A DNA stretch of 61,644 nucleotides from Octopus bimaculoides (Eukaryota). The position numbers and the translations under genes were made by a program. The stretch spans positions 94,984,988-95,046,631 of the forward strand of contig NC_068984.1 of the NCBI RefSeq assembly GCF_001194135.2, written 5' to 3'. The notes beneath the pieces were generated by a model. The model was not told the origin of the DNA and searched no databases. It was given only the letters and a program-made list of their open reading frames with translations. Below, piece after piece: positions 34,945-47,633 of this stretch (the first letter of the stretch is position 1; each line of letters starts with the position of its first letter).

Positions 34945-37194
34945 GAGGTATCAAGTTGTTGGACCAGGTAATGAAGGTCACGGAGAGAATCATAGCCCAA
35001 CTAATTAGAGAGAGAGTCAGTTTAGATGAGATGCAGTTTGGGTTCGTGCCAGGGAAAAGCACCACTGATGCTATATTTCTGGTAAGACAGCTGCAGGAGA
35101 AATACCTATCCAAAGATAAACCTCTGTACCTGGCTTTTGTTGACATGGAGAAAGCCTTTGACAGGGTCCCCCTATCCCTTATCTGGTGGTCAATGAGGAA
35201 ACTAGGGATAGATGAGTGGTTAGTGAGAGCTGTGCAAGCCATGTACAGCGATACTGTCAGTAAGGCAAGGGTTGGCAACAAGTACAGTGAAGAATTCCAG
35301 GTAGAGGTAGGGGTCCGCCAAGGTTTAGTCCTCAGCCCCCTCCTATTTATCATAGTCCTCCAGGCAATAACAGAGGAATTCAAGACAGGAAGCCCCTGGG
35401 AGTTCCTCTATGCTGATGACCTTGCACTAATTGCTGAGTCACTATCAGAACTAGAGGAGAAGTTTCAGGTGTGGAAGCAAGGACTAGAATCGAAGGGCCT
35501 TAGAGTCAACCTAGCTAAAACCAAAGTCCTAATAAGTAGGGAGGTAGACAAAACACAAACCCCTTCAGCTAGATGGCCCTGCTTGATCTGTAGAAAAGGT
35601 GTAGGTAGAAACTCAATAAGATGTACCCAGTGCAAGCTATAGACACATAAGAGGTGCAGCAATATCAAAAGAAGGTTAACTAGGAAGTTAGTTTTTGTAT
35701 GTGGCAGATGTTCAGGAGCAATAAACACTGAAAATGTGCAGAAAACAACTTCTGTCACATTCCAGGAAGAAAAACTAGACGTAGTTGATAGCTTCCGCTA
35801 TCTGGGTAACCAAGTTAGTAGTGGGGGTGGGTGCGCTGAAAGTGTAGCTGCTAGAATAAGAATAGCCTGGGCAAAGTTCAGAGAGCTCTTACCTCTGCTG
35901 GTGACAAAGGGCCTCTCACTCAGAGTAAAAGGCAGACTGTATGNNNNNNNNNNNNNNNNNNNNNNNNNNNNNNNNNNNNNNNNNNNNNNNNNNNNNNNNN
36001 NNNNNNNNNNNNNNNNNNNNNNNNNNNNNNNNNNNNNNNNNNNNNNNNNNNNNNNNNNNNNNNNNNNNNNNNNNNNNNNNNNNNNNNNNNNNNNNNNNNN
36101 NNNNNNNNNNNNNNNNNNNNNNNNNNNNNNNNNNNNNNNNNNNNNNNNNNNNNNNNNNNNNNNNNNNNNNNNNNNNNNNNNNNNNNNNNNNNNNNNNNNN
36201 NNNNNNNNNNNNNNNNNNNNNNNNNNNNNNNNNNNNNNNNNNNNNNNNNNNNNNNNNNNNNNNNNNNNNNNNNNNNNNNNNNNNNNNNNNNNNNNNNNNN
36301 NNNNNNNNNNNNNNNNNNNNNNNNNNNNNNNNNNNNNNNNNNNNNNNNNNNNNNNNNNNNNNNNNNNNNNNNNNNNNNNNNNNNNNNNNNNNNNNNNNNN
36401 NNNNNNNNNNNGGGATGAGGTGGTGAAGCACGGCCTCCAAACATTAGGCCTCACCGAAGCAATGACTTGTGACCGAGACCTTTGGAAATATGCTGTGCGT
36501 GAGAAGACCCGGCAAGCCAAGTGAAACCAAAATCCAAGGCCTCTGCCAGGGATGTAGCCGGTCCACTTATGCATACCATTCCTTCATTGGACACTAAACT
36601 CCGTTTGCGAAGACCTGTTGAGGCAAGTGAAATCGAAATCGAACTAAATTTGACGACTGGTACCCATGCCAACTCCAATGAACACTAAACTCAGCTTGCG
36701 AAAACCTGTTGAGGCAAGTGAAAGCGAAATCGTGATGGCACCTGTACCAGTGGAGCACTAAGAGCACCATCCGAGCATGATTGTTGCCAGAGCAGCTGTC
36801 TGGCTTCCGTGCCAGTAGCCCATAAATAGCACCATTTGAGCTTGATTGTTACCAACGTCACCTTCCTGGCACTTGTGCTGGTGGCACGTGAAAAGACATT
36901 CGAACGAGATCATTGCCAGTGCCACTGGACTGGCTCCTGTGCAGGTGGCACATAAAATACACCATTTCGAGCGTGGCCATTGCCAGTACTGCCTGACTGG
37001 CCTTCGTGCTGGTGGCACGTAAAAGCATCCACTACACTCTCGGTGTGGTTGGCGTTAGGAAGGGGATCCAGCTGTAGAAACTCTGCCAAATCAGATTGGA
37101 GCCTGGTGTATCCATCTGGTTCACCAGTCCTCGGTCAAATTGTCCAACCCATGCTAGCATCGAAAGCGGACGTTAAACGACGATGATGATGATG
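34945..37194 (+). mobile_element. 5'-truncated RTE-clade LINE
   Basis: QFGFVPGKSTTDAIF, AFVDMEKAFDRVP, FLYADDL, DSFRYLG. The 3' end is cggacgttaaacgacgatgatgatg. Confidence 0.95.
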
Positions 37195-37499
37195 CTATTA
37201 ACAATTTACAGTATACATACATCTATACATCAATCTAAAACAACAGGAATACTAAATAAAGGCTGGAATTTTAGAGAAGAGAAAACCAAAAGGTCTCATG
37301 CTATTGATTTTAAAATTCTTGAGTAGAACTTATTATTATTACCTCTGCCTTTGAAACTATTTTGAATGGTGAATTTGTTAACTTCAGCTTGTATTAGATA
37401 AGGATAAACTATTTATTAATGTTACTAAATTTTCTACAGCCACCTTCAAATTCCATGACTACAAATGGGATCAATCAGGTACCGGACAAGGATTCTGGA

Positions 37500-40400
37500 T
37501 TATTTAGAAGATTTCTGCATAGATAAAGGAAATTTGAAAATGGTCAGGAAAATTGTTGAAAGGAATGGGAGAAGAGTAGCCCTAAACCCTCCACCTGACA
37601 TGATTGACAATATCCTGAGATGCATAGTCACATACTGCTGTTCCCACCCAGCGTGATTTAATCACGCTGGGTGGGAAATGCTTCTGAGAGCCAAATACAA
37701 AAATGCCTTGGGTACATGTGGGAACAGAAGACCCACATCACTTGAGGGAAGAAGTTTGGAACTATTGAGGTTAGATTTGGGACTGAAGAAGAAACCAGGT
37801 GTCATTCTGCAACGACTTTGAGGAATAAAAACTTCTTCTTAATCCCCAGCTTTTGCGGCCAACGCCTTGCTATGGTTAGGCTGTTGAACATGCCACCAGA
37901 AATAGCCATCACCTGGTTAGTGGCCACTGTCTTGGTAGGCTTTTACAAGAAGAGATCTTGGAGGTCAAGAAAATACCTAAACAAAACTGGTCAGGTATAG
38001 GTATGGAATTGACCTTACAATGTAAGCAAGCCTATAATCAATCAGCTGCCTGATCTAATCAACCTCCTGGATGGTACTCACCTCTCAGTGTTAGTGGAGG
38101 GTAGAAAGCCAAAATGCCACATATGTAGATCTGTGGCTCACTTAAAGGCTTTCTACCCTGAAACAAGAAAAACTAAATTCCCACTGCTGCCAACATTACA
38201 AACACCACATTCACAAAATCATGACATGTTCAAAACTCCTACACCCACACCAAGTCAAAGAAGGAGTCTACCCTCACTTGCTATAGAAAAGCAAACTTCT
38301 CCTGAATGCTCTGCCTCCCAAATGTCATCAACAGCAATGACATGGAGAAAGAAGAACTGATTGAACAATGAATCACTGACAAAAGAGGAAGAGAGTACAT
38401 AGCCCCACTCCAAGAACTCAGCAAAAAGATACACAAAATCCACAACTGCAACCCAATTCACAACCACTCCCACAAAAACAAAAACAGCAATATCATCATC
38501 AACAGCATGACATCACAGAAACAACCAATTATGGAACTTCAAAAACAGGAATATTCTTCAGACTGTAAGCGAAATGTGTCCACATTTTAATTGGTCACAA
38601 ATTTGTGATATGAATGGTCAATTTAGATAGGACCTTTAGACAGGAACCTGGTTACTGGCAGTTGAATGCAGCCTTACTGGTACGCAAAGACTACAGAGAC
38701 TGGATTAGTGAACTAGTTAAGCAGCAGTTGACAGGAGCAACAACTGGTGGTGGATTGCCCTGAAGAGAGCGATTAGAGTAGAATCAATAGCGTTTAGCAA
38801 TAGATTTAGTAAAAGAAAAAATTGATTAGAGAGAGAACTAGTTAGCAAACTAGAAGAGGCTATTAGTAAAGGCATTGCAACCAATATGTCAGTGATGAGA
38901 ATGGCCTTTGACCATTTCTTTGGGGTGAAACACAAAAGGTGTGTTTTCAGAGGTAAGGCCCATGTGCTAAACCACAAAGGAACTAAAGCTGTCCAACAGG
39001 CCCAAATGGTAGATGTAACATTGAAACAAAACCACAATCAGGTCTTTGATAGATCAGGACATGCTACTTGGTTCTGAGTAGATGTGTGTGGCTTTCCAGC
39101 AGCACTTTGCATGGCTGTTTGGGGAGGGTGTCATCAACCATAGCAAACTTTACTTCGTACCTGGACGGCCTACCACAGCTCTTGGTAACGGACACAAGAT
39201 TCTGCAAAAAGCTGATTACAGCCACTGAAATACAGAAGGTGATGAGCAATTGCACAAGTTGCAAATTGCCTGGTTTGGATGGTCTGCCCTATGAATTTTA
39301 TGTTTTCATGCCAGATTTGTTTAGCAGCCTTTTGGCAGATGTCTACAGTAACTGGCAGCAGATGGGAGAATTCCTAGTGCTGTTAGCTGGGGTTAGGTAA
39401 CACTGCTGAGAAAGGATGCCAACAATGGAAATGTGCTAGGGAATTTTTGGCCCATAACTCTGCTAAACACAGAGTTTAAGATTGTGGCCAAAGTGTTGGC
39501 AGAAAGGTTGGTACATGTCATTGGTAGTCTGGTCGGGGAGGCACAAACCTGTGCAAACCCAAGCAGGTCTAGCCATGACAACCTCCACCTTATGCAATAC
39601 ATTGTTGAGAGGACTGGAACGAAAGTTGGCTTCGGTGGGGCCCTGACCAATCTAGATCAGTTGAAAGCTTTCGATAGGGTCAACCATCGCTACTTGAAAT
39701 CTGCCCTAAAAGCAACCAGTTGATTGCTGCAATACACAGTGGCACCTGCTCGGTGATCAAAGTAAATGGCCACCTATTGGAACTGTTTTATATCAGACAT
39801 TTGGTCCATCAAGGCTGCTCGCTGTCACCTCTTCTGTATGTGCCAGCTCTCAAGCTGCTGTTGCAGAAGTTGAAATGGTTAAGAAGCATCCCTTTTGAAA
39901 TTGGACTCGGGAGGGCAGTGTCAGCATAAGCAAATGACATCACCATTGTAAAGGAATATGAGTTGGTTGCAGATGCCAAAATTAATGCTGACAAGTCAGT
40001 AGGATTGCAACTGGGGACTTGGAAAGGTTGATCGATGCCATTGAATGATTGAAGACTGACAGACCAGTTAAACTGCTCAGGGTCTGGTTTGGTTCCAACC
40101 TCCAGGTGGATAAGAACTGGGATAAGGTGACAAACAGGGTGGCCTGTCTTACCCAGAAATTGGCAGAGAGGAAGTTGTCCCTGAAAGGTCAGGCAGATGT
40201 GGTGAATGCCTACATTGCCTCTGTCATCATTTATCCTCTGACCATCATGCCTTGCCCCAGTTACTGCTTGATTAGGTTGGAGCAAAAGAGATTGTCTGGT
40301 GGACAAGGAATGAGGACAGAAACCTTTCTCTTTGATAAAGTCCTCATTGACTGTTACAAGTTTGATTTTAAAAGAAAAGTGGGGGTGGAGAGGGAGGTGC

Positions 40401-40786
40401 TGTCCTTAAGTGAATTTATCAAAAGATGGGTGAAAGTTGCAAAAATAGCAAGAGTGGATGGTACCACTCTAAGTGTAGACCTGTGAGTAGGAGGAAAGGA
40501 GTTCAGGAGTTGTCCTTGGTATACAGAGTGATCTTGGATGGTGGGATTCTTCAATTATCTCTAGAGGTTGTCCTGGTTCAGGAGGACCCCAATTACTATC
40601 ACATTTTTTCTTTCTTTTTTTTTCTTCTTGTGCTATATACTATGTATACTTTCCTTCTTCAAATATATGCTGTGTATACTCTTCCTTTTTTATTATTCCA
40701 TTATATGTAAATCCCCCACACTTTATATCTGTCTTTGTATTGTGTCCCCCCCCCTCATCTTTCACCCTGGTGGCAAATAAAAGAAA

Positions 40787-40790
<4 letters not shown>
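37500..40790 (+). mobile_element. L1/Tx1-clade LINE, degenerate and internally deleted
   Basis: ORF1-like VEGRKPKCHICRSVAHL (zinc knuckle). ORF2 has WWWIALKRAIR, KLPGLDGLPYEFY, PITLLNTEFKIVAKVLAERL, LDQLKAFDRVNH, HQGCSLSPLLY. 3' AATAAA at about 40776. Confidence 0.88.
37641..37677. repeat. Perfect 18-bp inverted repeat with a 1-nt spacer
   Basis: ttcccacccagcgtgatt-t-aatcacgctgggtgggaa. Confidence 0.95.

Positions 40791-40836
<46 letters not shown>
40790..40836. repeat. (TAA/ATT)n microsatellite
   Basis: Read directly. Confidence 0.95.
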
Positions 40837-40837
<1 letters not shown>

Positions 40838-40839
<2 letters not shown>

Positions 40840-41432
40840 GACATCACACAGTATACAATATTGTGAGGTTGTTGATTGAAGATATTGTGTCTACTGTTTG
40901 TCAAGCCACAAGGACCTCAGGCAGGCAGTACTTTATGCAATATGCATTAAGTTCCAAGTAATGCTGACTTTTGCAATACACCTAGATTGTAGGGTATTTC
41001 TAAAGTTTTCAGATGTTTTTTCAGATTGAGTAGTATTGAACCTAATTCACCAATGACAATAGGGATAACCTTTGTTTGACTCTTGTAGCTGTCATATCTT
41101 AGCGATCTCAATTCTCAGGCCTCCATATTTATCTGCCTTTTCTCTTTCTTTCATGATGACATGTTGATCTCCTGGCACAGCTACATCAGTTATTAGGCAC
41201 TCTTGTTTGTCCCTCCTAAAGGTTACCATATGTGGATTTCAGTGTTCTAATACCTTGTCTGTCGGGAAGTCAAAGTTCCAGAAGATTTTTGCTTTTCCAT
41301 TTTCATCCATTACCTTTTCCGGTGTATGTTGGTACCAAGTACCCGTAACCTCATATCCATACTTACAGCATAGTAGCCAGTGGAGGTTTTGGGCTGCCTT
41401 GTCGTGTCTACGCTTGTACTCTTTTTGTGCAA
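40838..41432 (-). mobile_element. R4/Dong-clade non-LTR retrotransposon, 3' fragment with RLE
   Basis: My translation gives KEYKRRHDKAAQNLHWLLCCKYG..WYQHTPEKV..KIFWNFDFPTDKVLEH*NPHMV..CLITDVAVPGD..KEREKADKYGGL. It ends in (TAA)n on the minus strand. Confidence 0.85.
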
Positions 41433-41487
41433 GACTTTCACAATAATAATAGTGATAATAATAATAATTGTTGTTGTTATCATCCTC

Positions 41488-41635
41488 AAAGGTGGCAAGC
41501 TGGCAAAATCATTAGCATGCTGGGCAAAATGCTTAGTGGCATTTCATCTGTTTTTGTATTTTGAGTTCCAGTTCCACTGAGGTTGACTTTATCTTTCATC
41601 CTTTTGGGGTCAATAAGATAAGTATCGGTAGAGAG
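41488..41635 (+). mobile_element. Diverged SINE of the 3939 family
   Basis: aaggtggcaagctggcaaaatcattagc...ctttcatccttttggggtcaataagataagta. Confidence 0.8.
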
Positions 41636-41714
41636 CTATGTTGCTATAATTGACTCTCTCAAAATTGCTGGCCTTGTGCCAAAATTTGTAACCATTATTA
41701 TTATTATTAAGTGA

Positions 41715-41810
41715 GGATGCATGGCCTAGTAGTTAGAGTGTTGCATTCACAATCACGAGACTGTGGTTTCAATTCCTAAACTAGGTGGTGCGTTGTGCTC
41801 TTCATAGTAC
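41715..41810 (+). mobile_element. tRNA-head SINE fragment
   Basis: catggcctagtagttagagtgttgcattcacaatcacgag...tttcaattcc. Similar to the head at 42085. Confidence 0.6.
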
Positions 41811-42084
41811 ACTATTGTTGTGCTCTTCATAGTACAAATCCAGTATTGGAAGGTATTTAAAGGACAAATTCAGGCATTTCACTACAGTTATCAATTATGA
41901 AAAAAAGTTGCTTAATACTGCTACAGCATAAATCTGAAGATTGCAGAAACCATGAAAGTACTTGTATTATCATAATATGGTATTATCATATGTAATATTG
42001 TGAAACTGTAAAGCACACAAAAATAAAACATGAAACTCAGACTATGTTGGAATTTTATTTCCTGTACACAACTCTGATGTGTGA

Positions 42085-42262
42085 GTGTGGGTTAGTGGTT
42101 AGTGTGTTCCACTCATGATCATAAGTTTGTGATTTCAGTTCCTGGACTGGGCAATGCATTGTGTTCCTTGAGCAAGACACTTCATTTTACATTGCTCCAG
42201 TCCACTCAGCTGGCAAAAAATGAGTAATCCTGCAAATGGACCAGCATCCCATCCAAGGAAGA
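42085..42262 (+). mobile_element. tRNA-derived SINE with a V/CORE-like central box
   Basis: ttagtggttagtgtgtt..., tgtgttccttgagcaagacacttc, gctccagtccactcagctgg. Confidence 0.65.
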
Positions 42263-42335
42263 TATAGAGAAATATATATACCACAGAATTTGATAAACTG
42301 GCTGTATGAGCTATAACTTGAGGACTCTTGATCCA

Positions 42336-42379
<44 letters not shown>

Positions 42380-42554
42380 AAATAGGATATTGGAAAAAAA
42401 TTTTGGTATTATTATTTACCATTGCTTGGATTGTAACCCTATCTACATAGTATATATATATGCATAAATGTGTATATGTGTGTGTGTATATGTATATACG
42501 TGTGTGTATATGTATATATGTGTGTGTGTGTGTATATCTATACACATATAGGTG

Positions 42555-42912
42555 CAGGCATGGATATGTGATAAGAAGTTTATTTCCTAACCACTTGGTA
42601 CCAGGTTCAGTTTTATTACATGGCACCTTCGGCAAGTCTCTTCTACTGTAACCCTGACCAAAGCCTTGTGAATAGATTTGATAGACAGAAACTGAAAGCA
42701 GCTTGTGTGTGTGTTACCGTAATGCAAGTAATGTCTTTTGTTTCCAATACTCTGTGAAACTTCCCTTGTCATGGGTAAATATTACCTCATATGGAAACAA
42801 GTGAGGGTTAGGGACAGGAAATGCATCCAATTGTAGAAAATCCACCTCAACAAATTCTGGTTGACCTATGTGAGCATGGAAAAATGGACATTAAAACAGT
42901 GATAATGATAAT
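42555..42912 (+). mobile_element. SINE with CORE-like box and RTE-like tail
   Basis: ggcaccttcggcaagtctcttctact (CORE-like), with tail agcatggaaaaatggacattaaaac + gataatgat resembling the RTE 3' end. Confidence 0.65.
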
Positions 42913-44199
42913 ATATGTGTGTGTTTGTGCATGTATGTATAGAATGTTTGAAGTGGTGTACAGATATTGTATATTGAGAAAATGAAGGCAGTCAGAATTC
43001 TTTATTAGCACTTTCTAATTCTAATTCTAATTCTTTATTAGCACTTTCATGGTAAAAACAGTGTTTCATTGTTAATTTTTATGAATCAGATGCTTTTTTG
43101 CTTTGTTTAGAAGAGGAGAATATCGTTTTTGTTTTATGGGGGAAAGGGGAGAGAGAGAAAGTAAGCAAAGAGTGTGGCGAGACAGAGGGAGAGNNNNNNN
43201 NNNNNNNNNNNNNNNNNNNNNNNNNNNNNNNNNNNNNNNNNNNNNNNNNNNNNNNNNNNNNNNNNNNNNNNNNNNNNNNNNNNNNNNNNNNNNNNNNNNN
43301 NNNNNNNNNNNNNNNNNNNNNNNNNNNNNNNNNNNNNNNNNNNNNNNNNNNNNNNNNNNNNNNNNNNNNNNNNNNNNNNNNNNNNNNNNNNNNNNNNNNN
43401 NNNNNNNNNNNNNNNNNNNNNNNNNNNNNNNNNNNNNNNNNNNNNNNNNNNNNNNNNNNNNNNNNNNNNNNNNNNNNNNNNNNNNNNNNNNNNNNNAGTT
43501 TATTGAAATTTTCATTACAAAGCATTTTTCTTTCTCATTTTTTTTATTGTATACCTATCAACATATTTGTAAATAAACACATTTTCTCACAAGGGCTGAT
43601 GACCTATCAAAGATGTCAAGTTTGGGAAGTACCATGGAAAAAATAAGAAAAGAGGGGAGGGTGCAGTCATCACTGAAAAATAAAAAAGAGTTCAAAGTCC
43701 TATGAAAATGTATATTCCTTTACACTTGTATAGTCAAGTGTCATTTTCTGTGTAATTCCATGTTTTGCTTAAATAAATATTAAATATTAGTACAATATTC
43801 ATAAATTAGGAAAATAAAGTCAGAATATAAAAAAATAATTTGGTACTGTTTATAATTCAATCTATTCCCTATGTACATTTAATCAAACATCGTAAATGAG
43901 TTTTGTATGTATATTTAGCTGGAAGCTAAATTATATAATAAAGCAGGGCCTGCTTAAATATATTTTTTTGAGTATCTTTCATCCTTTTCTAGGATTTACC
44001 TTTCTTTTTCTTGCTTGCTTGGATAAGATAATTCAAAGAAGATCTTTTTCATGAATTACTTTGCCAAGTAGCTACATTAGATATCTTTCCTAATCAAAAT
44101 GGTTCTGGTATTCTTTCATGGGTGTAAGTTCTACAAGACCAACAGTTGTCAAAATCCCAATGTTATATACATATCCGATCATTTATAGAGATGAGTATC

Positions 44200-44940
44200 A
44201 CGCTATTAACATTAGAGCTACATTCAGAAACAACTGTAATAGTGTAATATAAATGTTTTCTCTTCAGCTATCATCATTACTATTAAAAAAATAATAATAA
44301 AAATGTAGTTCCTCTGCTTCTCTTTCAAGCATTTAATTTTGGAGAGAATTTTTTGATGAAGTGTAGCTCCATTGCTTTTCAGAATTTTGGGTAATCTCTT
44401 GAACATTTGCAAAAGGGAAAGATTTTGAACTTTCCTTCACCACATATTACTAGATGCTTGCTCAGTGGAATCTTGCACAATTCTTCTTGTTGGATGTGTT
44501 GTTTGTAGATTTTTGCACATTGGCAGAGGCAATTGTTTGTTTCGCCAATGTAATTATCCTTGCAGTTCATATCTGCATTTATTTGAATGAGAATCTGCTC
44601 TTGAATTTTATATGGGAACCACTTTCTAAGTATTTAAAGTTGTTGTTGTTGCATGTTCCAAAGGAAAAAATTACTGAACACAGGATTCCATTTATTAATG
44701 GGCACAATCCTGGGGTAGCCAACATCTTTCATATCATAAAATCAAACCTATCTATATTTCTACAAAATCCCCAAATGAAAAATCTGATTGATAAAAGCCC
44801 CTTACAAAACAGTAGGCACCAACCAAAATAAATCTCAAAAAAAAACTTCACAAAAGCAAAATTCCCACCAGAGAATGAATCAGAATTCTGCATAAAAGAA
44901 TGTGTAGATAGCAGATGTGGAACTTACATACCATATTTCC
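44200..44940 (-). mobile_element. Penelope-like GIY-YIG fragment with an inverted 5' segment
   Basis: Minus strand: CKDNYIGETNN..IPLSKHLVICGEGKFKIFPF. Plus strand 44645-44935: RIPFINGHNP..NIFHIIKSNL..SRHQPK..TKAKF..SRCGT, the linker that normally precedes it. Confidence 0.8.
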
Positions 44941-45160
44941 TGGTGTCATAGACGCTTCATCCTCGAGGACACACCCTAATTTTGACAACCAAAAATTTTT
45001 TAAAAAAATAATAAACATAAAAATAAGGCCTCAAGACTTCAGGCTTTGTTACCTTTACAGATGCAATGGAAAAAAAAAGTCACTCCAGCATGCTACTTAA
45101 AATGTCCCTAGCATTTATTTTGGCTGTTCATCTAATACTTAGATATAACATACTAATAAC

Positions 45161-45590
45161 ATCATCATCATCGTTTAACATCCGTTTTTCCATGCTGGCA
45201 TGGGTTGGACAGTTTGACCGCACCAGGCTCCAATCTGATCTGGCAATGTTTCTACGGCTGGATGCCCTTCCTAATGCCAACCACTCTGAGAGTGTAGTGG
45301 GTCCTTTTTACGCGCCACTGGCACAGGAGCCAGTCAGGCAGCACTGGCATCAGCCACGTTTGGATGGTACTTTTTATGTGCCACCAGCACAGGAACCAGT
45401 GGGTGGGGGGGCTGGTATCGACCACGCTGGAATGGTGCTTTTTACGTGCCACCGGCACGGGAACCAGTCGGGCATCTCTGGTAGTGAACCATGCATGAAT
45501 GAATGGCATTTATTGCATGCCACCAGCACTGGTAACAGCCACAACTACAATTTCCATTTGATTTTGATTTACTTGACTCAATAGATCTTT
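45161..45590 (-). mobile_element. RTE 3' UTR fragment
   Basis: (ATC)n tail plus the 3' UTR subrepeats. Confidence 0.88.
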
Positions 45591-47438
45591 TCAATAGGTA
45601 TTTACATTATTTACATTTGACAGATATTTGTCCTCGTCTTGTTTGTTGTTAACACAATGTTTTGGCTGATATACTCTGAAAAATTGGCAAGTCTTATAAG
45701 TGATGGTAGCTACAGCAAAGAAAAGAAAGATCCAACTCTGAAAACAGAGAGGAAGTTGTCAGAGATCTTGATCAAGAGCAAGGATCACTTTACATCAATG
45801 AAGTACAGACAACTGACTCAACACTATAGTAAGCTACCACACATGTACGGTCTCCCTGAGATTCACAAGGATGGTATTCCATTAAGACCTATAGTGAGCT
45901 GTAGAGGTTCAGCATGTCATCCACTGAGCCGCTTCCTTGTGGATATAATCAGTCCATTAGCAGGAAAGTCAACATCGTACATGAAGAATTCAACCCACTT
46001 CACAGAATTGATCAATGATATCCCCATTGAATCCAACCAGATGGTGAGTCTAGATGTGATAAGTTTGTTCACCAAAGTCCCAACTGATGAAGCACTATCG
46101 GTGATTCAAGAAAAACTAGTGACAGACATCCATCTAAAAGAACGCATTAGTATACCAATAAGAAACCTGATGGAAATGTTAACCTTTTGTCTAGAAACTA
46201 CCTGCTTCAGTATGGACACTGATATATATCGACAAGAAGAGGGTTTAGCTATGGGTTTGCCATTATCACCGATAATAGCCAATATATACATGGAATACTT
46301 TGAGAATTTGGCTTTAGGATCAACATCACTAAAACCAACCCTATGGCTGTGATATGTTGATGACACCTTTATACTCTGGATCCACCAGGGAAGATGTCCA
46401 AGTGCTCTTATATCATGTAAACTAAATAAAGCCATCCATACAGTTTACAATGGAAAAGGAAAAAGACCATCAGCTAGCATTCCTGGATGTATTAATAACA
46501 CACACCAAATATGGATTCAGGACATCCGTATACTGCAAGCCGACCTTCACTGGGCAATACTTCTACTTCAATTCCCACCATCCATACAGTGTAAAGAGAG
46601 GGATTGCTCAATGCCTAAAACATCAAGCAAAGAATATAAGTAGCGATTATGATACCCACCACGAAGAAATGATCAAGCTAAGTAACAGTCTATTAAGCAA
46701 CAACTACCCCAAAAACATACTATCCACTCCAATTATAAAGAAAAGAGAGGATGAAACCAATAAACTGTCCACAGTTTGTCTACCCTATGTGAAAGGCCTC
46801 TCTGAAAAGATACCAAAGATATGCAGCCCATATGACATCAAGACAGTATTCAAGAGTAATACAACACTTCGCAAATATCTCCTTCGAGTAAAACCAACAA
46901 TAGAAGAGAATATGACCAAAGANNNNNNNNNNNNNNNNNNNNNNNNNNNNNNNNNNNNNNNNNNNNNNNNNNNNNNNNNNNNNNNNNNNNNNNNNNNNNN
47001 NNNNNNNNNNNNNNNNNNNNNNNNNNNNNNNNNNNNNNNNNNNNNNNNNNNNNNNNNNNNNNNNNNNNNNNNNNNNNNNNNNNNNNNNNNNNNNNNNNNN
47101 NNNNNNNNNNNNNNNNNNNNNNNNNNNNNNNNNNNNNNNNNNNNNNNNNNNNNNNNNNNNNNNNNNNNNNNNNNNNNNNNNNNNNNNNNNNNNNNNNNNN
47201 NNNNNNNNNNNNNNNNNNNNNNNNNNNNNNNNNNNNNNNNNNNNNNNNNNNNNNNNNNNNNNNNNNNNNNNNNNNNNNNNNNNNNNNNNNNNNNNNNNNN
47301 NNNNNNNNNNNNNNNNNNNNNNNNNNNNNNCTAAGCAGACTGAGTGCAGATATGAATAGCATATGGGAACCGGTATTAAGGAAGGATAGGAAAATATTAG
47401 ATTTATAAACACTAAAATTCACTCTATAATTGCCCATG

Positions 47439-47510
47439 GGCATATGGTGTAGTGGTTAAGAGCATGGGCTACTAACCCCAAGATTCCAAGTTCGATTCCA
47501 GGCAGTGACC
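47439..47510 (+). promoter_or_regulatory. tRNA-derived Pol III-type head in the PLE terminal repeat
   Basis: TGGTGTAGTGG..TTAAGAGC..GGG-CTACTAA-CCC..GTTCGATTCC. Confidence 0.75.
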
Positions 47511-47587
47511 TGAATAATAATAATAATAATAATAATAACATCGAAAAATACCTTAGGAATGAGAACCCAGGTTCGAAATTACCCCAA

Positions 47588-47633
47588 GACACCTGATGAA
47601 GGCTGGAGGATATATCAGCCGAAACGTATTAAC
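47588..47633 (+). ncRNA. Minimal hammerhead motif, stem I 3' strand damaged
   Basis: GACAC CTGATGA A GGCTG..CAGCC GAAA CGT, with palindromic ACGT stem III. Confidence 0.65.

Noticed and set aside
46350-46352. In-frame TGA in the PLE RT as possible selenocysteine
   Set aside because: It sits where Arg is expected (WLRYVDD), which fits CGA to TGA CpG decay
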